Of a stretch of DNA of 27,538 nt, positions 19,288 through 27,538 are shown in pieces. The DNA is from Octopus sinensis (taxonomy: Eukaryota). A model generated the notes under the pieces. That model had not been told where the DNA came from. It searched no databases and was given only the letters and a program-made list of their open reading frames with translations. The translations under genes and the position numbers were made by a program. Each line of letters starts with the position of its first letter. Within the stretch, counting starts at the first letter, position 1. Location: NCBI RefSeq assembly GCF_006345805.1, contig NW_021823650.1, positions 1-27,538 of the forward strand, in the 5' to 3' direction.

Positions 19288-19394
19288 ACTTGTTTTATTT
19301 ATATTTGCTGAGCGCCATACTAATACAATTGTTTGTTTGTTTCCCACCTGCCTTCGTCTTTTGTCTATTTTCATAAGCTTCCCGTTATATATAT

Positions 19395-19431
<37 letters not shown>

Positions 19432-19954
19432 GCAGTTATATGTTACTTAGTGTTACTAATGTTGAAAAGAAAACTACTAAATCTATATTTAGCTTTGTTA
19501 AGACAATGTTGAAAAGAAAAATACTAAGAATATAATTACCATTGTTAAAGCAATGAAATATTAATTTTTAGTAAACGCTGGTAAAGAATGCATCTATAAG
19601 ATGAAATATTGCAAAGAAGTTGTTGGCAGAACATGCATTTAATATTAAAAAGCAATGTTGAATAAATGAAGAATATTAATCGGGGGAAAAAAAGAGACAA
19701 TTAAACATAAGAGCGAATCCTTCAACCGAAAAAGTTTCAGCAAAAAATGCGGTCAGCAATTGAAACAAGTTTAAAACAAAATATTATTAGTATTAAAGAA
19801 GCAGAGAGAAAACTCTATTAATGATAATAAATGTGTAAGAAGAATGTATTGAAGACTTCTGAATGGCTTATATCACTCGCGATAAACGAAGTTGTAGAAT
19901 AATCGGACAAAGCTATGTTTGCCATTTAGAAATTCAAATGAGGCGTCATATATA

Positions 19955-19976
19955 CGTGTATGTATGTATAATATAT

Positions 19977-20011
<35 letters not shown>

Positions 20012-20596
20012 TAATATATATATATATATTATATATATAATATGGATATATAGATATATATGTATATATATATGTATATATATATATATGTATAATAGAT
20101 ATATATATGGTATATATATATGTATATATATATATATTATATAGATATATGTATAATATATATATGTATATATATAATATATATGTATATATATATCATA
20201 TGTATATATATAATATAGTATATATATATATATATGATATATATATATATATGTATATATATATATGTATATATATATATAATATATATATATGTATATT
20301 ATATATATATTGTAATATATATATATATGTATATATATATATGTATATATATATAATATATATTATATATATATATATATGTATAATATATATATATTAA
20401 TGTATATATATATGTATATGTATATATAGTATTATATGTATATATATATGATATGTATATATATATGTTATGTATATTATATGTATATATATATATATAT
20501 GTATATAATACTGTATATATAAAATATATATATGTATATATAATATATATTAAAATATATATATATATCTATTATATATATATATATGTATATATA
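19955..20596. repeat. Long degenerate (TA)n tract
   Basis: Direct reading. Confidence 0.95.
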
Positions 20597-20709
20597 ATAC
20601 TTTGATACTTTGATACTTTGATAGGTTTCGGCCATTATGGCCCAGCCATGTCTCATAACTAACTAATAGCACCACCTGGTGAAGTCTTTCAAGTCAGAAT
20701 TTGGGCACT

Positions 20710-23650
20710 ATGGCCCACTCAGTAGAGAGTAGAGAGTATTGTTTACAGAGACATATCCGGGTGTAGGGGGTTTATCCGGGATTTCTTGAAGGAATCTGTC
20801 CAAAGACTTCTTGAACCCTATAGGGTCAGTTCTGTTTTAATGTGTTTTGGTGTAATGTTAAAGAGAGCGGGGCCAATTGAGGTTGAAATAATTGTGCCGT
20901 ATTGTTGTTATGAGATGAGAGTGCGATTTTTGTTTGGGCGGATGGCACGGGGCCCAAGCCTTGGATGTACCTTAAAGGTGATGCCAACATCATTTGGGCA
21001 ATGCTGATGGAATATTTTCCACATCATGCAGATGATGTAGCGCTCACGACGACGTTGGAGAGAATAGAGTTTTAGCTTTTCTAGTCGACCCCAATAGTCG
21101 AGGCCTGTCATGCCATCTATCTTTTTTGTGATTGCCCTTTGTGGTGCTTCAACTTTTATGATACCTTGTATTGTGTGGGGAGACCACAGTGGACAACAGT
21201 ATTCAAGGTGGGGGTCGGGCAAAAGTGGAGAAGAGAAGGATAATAGTGTGGATATCTCTCGACTGGAAAGTTCTGAGAATCCAGGAACACATTTTGCGGG
21301 CCATGTCAACTTTGGTGTTTATATGAGTGGCCCAGCTTACGTTGTTGTCCACAATTACTCCCAAGTCTCTGATGTTGTTGGACGCCGCGAGAGTTTCACC
21401 TGAAGGAAGAGAGTATGGGAGTTTCAGGGCATCCTCTTTTCCAAAGTGGATTAGCTCAAATTTATCCTCGTTCAGCAGCATATTGTTTTTTCTGCCCATT
21501 GGATAACAGCCAGTAGATCTGACTGAAGGCATGTCGGTCACTCGCCTCATTTATGACCTTCTGTAGCTTGGAGTCATCTGCAAAGATTTTTATGTGTGCT
21601 GTGCTTGATGATGTCATTAATGTCATTAATGTAAATGATGAAAAGAAGTGGGCCCAGCACAGTGCCTTGCGGAACGCCACTACTGACTTTGGCTGGGCTT
21701 GATTTTTACCCCTTCAACTACAACATGTTGAGATCTGTCTGTCAGGAAACACTAATCCATTTCAGTAACTTTCCAGAGACACCAATGTTGGATAGTTTTT
21801 TCAATAGGATCTTGTGATCGACCCTGTCGAAGGCCTTACTGAAATCAAGGTAGATGACCATCGGTGTTGGAGCCCTCTCCCAAAGCTCTCAAAATGTCCT
21901 CAAAGTGATGCAGGAGCTGCGTAGGCAGTCCCTTCCATTACGGAAACCATGTTGGTTGGAGATCAGCCGTCTGTTGCTTTCCAGAAGTTGGGTTATTCGA
22001 GATCTCACCACCCTCTCAAATACCTTGATGATATTGAGAGGTGAGTGAGATCGGACGGTAATTCACTGCAAGGGACTTGTTTCCCTTTTTGAAAACTGGG
22101 ACAACAGACTGGGACAGGAGATTTTTTGGAATATAGCCAGCATCCAGTGAGTTCTCCACAGATTAGCAAGGGGAGATGCAAGTTGGTGTCGGACACACCT
22201 TCAGGACACAAGCAGGGAACCTATCGGGGCCTACTGCTGAATTGTGTTTTATTTCGTTTATCGGCGCTAAGACATCAGGGGCACTAAACGTTATGTCCGA
22301 TATAGTGTGTTGGGGGTTGACATCACTGATACAGCCCAGATCGGCCATATCAGGATTGCGAAACAGAGCAGTATTGTTTCTGCAGTATCTCGGCCATGGA
22401 TTTGGCATTATCTTGGAGAGTGCCAGTTTGTCAATTAGAGGGCCTACAGTGGAGACAGTGCCTGCGTTTCCTCGCAAATGAAAAGAACACTTTGGGGTTG
22501 AGTTTGATTTTTTCAATGGCCCACTTCTCCTCAGCTGATCTTTGGTTATTGATGAGGGTTTCATGCATTGTTGGAGGTTATATTTTTGGATTCAAGCAGT
22601 GCGATAGCGCGTCGAATGTGTGTGTGTTGTGTGTTGTTGCAGTACTTTAGTTTGTTAATTTTTTTGTTTGTTCTTTTATTTTTTCTGATAATGGTTTTTC
22701 TGTTTTGGGGGATTCTGACTTTTTGTTCACAGGTCTTGGTGGGGAGTGTTTTGCACATGTCTGTGACGGTGTCTACAAAGATCTGCAAGATGTTTTATGG
22801 TTGGTGGAGATGTGTGTATGTGTAAAGGACCAGTCAACATTTGATAGCTCGTTCCTGATTGCATCCCAGTTGGCTTTATGGAGATCCATGTTGTCAAATG
22901 GGTGGGCTGGAGGAAGGTCACTAGATTAGCTTTCGGCTGGTGGAATTTCATGTTACAGAGAACCATGTCATGGTCTGAAAGAAGGGTTTTTTCCACTGTA
23001 ACGTTATGTATAGTGTTAGTGTGGTTACTAAACACTAAGTCCAAAATGTTCTGATGTCTTGTTGGTGCAAGGACAAGTGGGACAAGAAAAACTCATTCGT
23101 AAAGTCGAAAAGTGACTCTGCTGCTTCTTTGTCAGCGGTTGAGGCGGGAGTGCTTGGTTTCAAACAGTTTGTAGTCCAGTCAACACAGGGTAGATTGAAG
23201 TCTCCCATCATGAGTATGTTGCTAGAATGGCACTGTTGAATAAAGCACTTAATGCTGTTGAGGCATTCTTTAAAGCACAGTATGGGTGTTTGGGGCGGCC
23301 TATAGAGCCCAATTACTGTCAGGTCATTGGCTTTGTTGTGCACGGTGACTGATTCACAGTAGCCGTTGGAGAATACTATTTCCATCTGCCGTAAATGAAT
23401 CATGCAGGAAAATGGCAGTTCCACCCTTCCTCCTGCGATACGATCCGCGCGGATGGTTGTGAAATTCTTCACTCTCACTTCGGCTTCCAAGTGGGAGTTG
23501 TCAAGGTGGGTCTCAGTGAGAATGAAGAAAGGGATGTGGTGTGAATGGTTACCAACCAGTCTTCAATGATTGGACCTTCCATTTTTGTGCATTGATGGAA
23601 GGGCTGACACCTTGTGCATTGAGTAGGAATGTGGAGGTTAGTGTAGTGGC
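20710..23650 (-). pseudogene. ORF2 (APE endonuclease + reverse transcriptase), broken by frameshifts as read
   Basis: FLLNAQG, ILTETHL, VIGLYRPP, LMMGDFNLPCVDW, DLVFSN, LSDHDMV (APE). [53 protein letters not shown] (CR1 RT). Confidence 0.92.
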
Positions 23651-23699
23651 TGGTTTTGACTGTTGCAGGGGGCTTGGATTTTGTGTGTGTTAGTGGCAG

Positions 23700-24780
23700 C
23701 AATGTGGGGAATTGGTGCACTGGGTAATAGCATAGGATGGTGTTGAGTGATGGCTAGAATGTTTTTGTGTATCTCTTTTGCCATGTTCAACATGGCTAAA
23801 AAAGAATTTTCCTGCTTAGGGAGCAGTTTTTGGCTGGAGGTGTGGTTGCACTGTTGGATAGGGTTGTAGTTTCCACTTTTGTTGTTGTTGTTTTGTGTCT
23901 TCCTGAAAAGACTGGACCAGCATTACTGAAGCATGGTGTGTTTCTATTTTATTGTTATTCAGGTTTGTGTGTTGGCTTGAGGCCCCGTTTCTGTTTGTGC
24001 GTCGGGTCCCTGGAAGATGAGTGAAGGGACAGTCACTCAGTAGACATGTTCTCTCACGTTGGAATACCGGCAGATTTTGGGACTCCGAGTTTTGTGTGTT
24101 TTGAATTTCGATTTACTATTTGGTGGTGTTGATGTTATTGTGGGATGCGTGCTTTGGCTTGGCCGGTAGTGCGTCTAGTGCCGGGTAGATGCGTGAAGAT
24201 GCAGTCACTATTTGTGCAGAGTCTCTGGCGCAGTGAATAGCGGCATATTTGGGGATTTCTTGTTTGTGCCGTGGGGGGCGCATTCTGTTTCCTATGTTTC
24301 TTTAAGTTTTGTTACTGCAGTAGTATTGAGGTGGTGATGTGGGGGAAGAAGCAGTGGTTTCTTATTTGGTTTCTGTTGGTATTTTTGTGGGATAGAAGAC
24401 GATGGTGGCAGCGGTGGTGATGATGATGATGATAATTGGTGGTGGTTGCTGTGAGAGCGGTGAAAAGATACTGGCATTTAGTGAATCATCTAGTAAGCTA
24501 GAGTGAGGAGGGGCTGTTGTTCTTGTTGCTGTGGCTGTTGTTGTTGTTGTTGTGCTTGACCGATGTGAGGGTCAGCCATTGTGCTGGGAACCAGGAGTGG
24601 CTCATTCTGTTGTTGTTGTTGTGTGGCTGCTGATTTCTAGCTGTTGTTGTTCTTGAACTGTGGAAAATATGTAGAAGCTTTTCATAATGGCCTCTTATCA
24701 GTTTGAAAGATACTTCGATATGTTTCAACTTGCTACGAATCTGTTTGACGGATCGTGTGTTGACCACTTGTGATGTTTTT
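23700..24780 (-). pseudogene. ORF1-like region of the CR1 element with a CCCH zinc finger
   Basis: Lies upstream of ORF2 on the same strand. ICRYSLRQRLCTNSDCIFTH at 24189-24248 fits C-x8-C-x4-C-x3-H. Confidence 0.6.
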
Positions 24781-25230
24781 CGGCAATCTCATTCAAACAC
24801 AAGACATTTAGTTTTCTGTTTGGGAAAGAGAGAACCATGTGTTTATTAAAACATCAATTTCGTTATCAGACCATTTCGTCTGTTGCAGGCCTGCAAGTTA
24901 GTCATGTTTGTTTTTCTTTTGTTTGTTTTCCTTTTGATTTTTGAAAATATATATATTCTTCCTTGGAGTTAAAGAAGTGTATATATATATAAATGTTCTC
25001 TCTAAGGGTGTGAGTTTTGATTATTGGTTGTTTGAGGATATTAAAAGAAAAACAGGTGCGTATAACAATTTGTAGTTAAATGAAAACGTACTTACGGGTT
25101 TGTAGGCAAACACGTGGTTACAAATATATAATATTTAAGGTCAGTTAGTTTTTGAAGCTGTGTGTAGCTTGCTACTGACTTGGGAGAGAACAAATAGACG
25201 TCCGTCCACTTCAACACAGTTAATCCACTA

Positions 25231-25740
<510 letters not shown>

Positions 25741-27538
25741 TACTAATTTGATAGGTTTCGGCCATTATTGGCCCAGGCCATGTCTAACTTAATAGCACCA
25801 CCTGGTGAAGTCTTTCAAGTCAGAATTGGGCACTATGGCCCACTCAAAGTAGAGAGTTATTGTTTACAGAGACATATCCAGGTGTAGGGGGTTATCCGGG
25901 TTTCTTGAAGGAATCTGTCCAAAGACTTCTTGAACCCTATAGGGTCAGTTTCTGTTTAATGTGTTTTGGTGTAATGTTAAAGAGAGCGGGGCCAATTGAG
26001 GTGAAAATAATTGTGCCGTATTGTTTGTTATGAGATGAGAGTGAGAGTGCGATTTTTGTTTTGGGCGGATGGCACGGGCCCAAGCCTTGGATGTACCTTA
26101 AAGGTGATGCCAACATCATTTGGGCAATGCTGATGGAATATTTTCCACATCATGCAGATGATGTAGCGCTCACGACGACGTTGGAGAGAATAGAGTTTTA
26201 GCTTTTCTAGCCGACCCAATAGTCGAGGCCTGTTCATGCCATCTATCTTTTTGTGATTGCCCTTTGAGGTGCTTCAACTTTTATGATACCTTGTATTGTG
26301 TGGGGAGACCACAGTGGAAAACAGTATCAAGGTGGGGTCGGGCAAAAGTGGAGAAGAGAAGGATAATGGTGTGGATATCTCTCGACTGGAAAGTTCTGAG
26401 AATCCAGGAACAACATTCTGCGCGGCCATGTCAACTTTGGTGTGTATATGAGGGCCCAGCTTACGTTGTTGTCCACAATTACTCCCAAGTCTCTGATGTT
26501 GTGGACGCCGCGAGAGTTCACCTGAAGGAAGGGAGTATGGGAGTTTCAGGGCATCCTCTTTTCCAAAGTGGATTAGCTCAAATATCATTCGTCAGCAGCA
26601 TATTGTTTGTTTCTGCCCATTGGATAAACAGCCAGTAGATCTGACTGAAGGCATGTCCGGTCACTCGCCTTATTTATGACCTTCTGTAGCTTGGAGTCAT
26701 CTGCAAAGATTTTTATGTTGCTGTGCTGATGATGTATTAATGTCATTAATGTAAATGATGAAAAGAAGTGGGCCTAGACACAGTGCCTTGCGGAAACGCC
26801 ACTACTGACTTTGGCTGGGCTTGATTTTACCCCTTCAACTACAACATGTTGAGATCTGTCTGTCAGGAAAAACACTCAATCCATTTCAGTAACTTTCCAG
26901 GGAACAACATGTTGGATAGTTTTTCAATAGGATCTTGTGATCGACCCTGTCGAAGGCTTACTTTGAAAATCAAGGTAGATGACATCGGTGTTGGAGCCCT
27001 CTCCCAAAGCTCTCAAAATGTCCTCAAAGTGATGCAGGAGCTGCGTTAGGCAGTCCCTTCCATTACGGAACCCATGTTGGTTGGAAGATCAGCCGTCTGT
27101 TGCTTTGCCAGAAATTGGGTTATTCGAGATCTCACCACCTCTCAAATACTTGATGATATGAGAGGTGAGTGAGATCGGGCGGTAATTCACTGCAAGGGAC
27201 TGTTCCCTTTTGAAAACTGGGACAACAGAATGGGACAGAAAGGTTTTGGAATATACCAGCATCCAGTGAGTTTCTCCCAGATTAGCAAGGGGAGATGCAA
27301 GTTGGTGTCGACACACCCCTTCAGGACACAGCAGGGAATCTATCGGGGCCTACTGCTGAATTGTGTTTTATTCGTTTATCGCCGCTAAGACATCAGGGGC
27401 ACTAAACGTTATGTCCGATATAGTGTGTTGGGGGGTTGACATCACTGATACAGCCAGATCGGCCATATCAGGATTGCTGAAAACAGAGCAGTATGGTTTC
27501 TGCAGTATCTCGGCCATGGATTTGGCATTATCTTGGAG
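25741..27538 (-). mobile_element. Second, near-identical copy of the CR1-like LINE (3' end and RT; runs out of the window)
   Basis: Collinear with 20597-~22420 at an offset of ~5.14 kb; differences are mostly small indels. Confidence 0.93.

Larger units (their letters stand above)
20597..25230 (-). mobile_element. Apparently full-length (~4.6 kb) CR1-clade LINE
   Basis: 5' UTR, ORF1-like region, APE endonuclease and RT, short 3' UTR and (ATCAAAGT)n tail. Flanked by (TA)n on both sides. Confidence 0.92.

Noticed and set aside
20107-20400. Ile/Tyr ORFs here and at 1746-1952, 25395-25765 and similar sites; MYVC/HTYI ORFs
   Set aside because: Translations of (TA)n and (TATG)n microsatellites.

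Overview
Eukaryotic, repeat-saturated non-genic DNA. The SINE families, (TA)n/(TACA)n/(ACC)n microsatellites and transposon mix suggest an octopod cephalopod (inference). Frequent 1-nt indels between near-identical repeat copies suggest long-read or unpolished sequence. No convincing host protein-coding gene; most listed ORFs are microsatellite translations. The main signal is at 1-1771: a ~399-nt tandem array in which every unit junction forms a type I hammerhead ribozyme (UCUCA-CUGAUGA-stem II-GAAAC-UGCA-GUC|UGAGA), the architecture of a non-LTR retrozyme or self-cleaving satellite. Two other hammerhead-type motif families also occur: a near-canonical one inside a 226-bp element with 23-bp inverted termini, and three minimal GAAACGUH motifs. 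The rest comprises tRNA-derived SINEs, an RTE 3' end with three C2H2 fingers, decayed Tc1/mariner transposases, a Tx1/L1 remnant, a Helitron remnant, a 97-bp-arm foldback, old and recent duplications, and a full-length CR1-like LINE followed by a second tandem copy.
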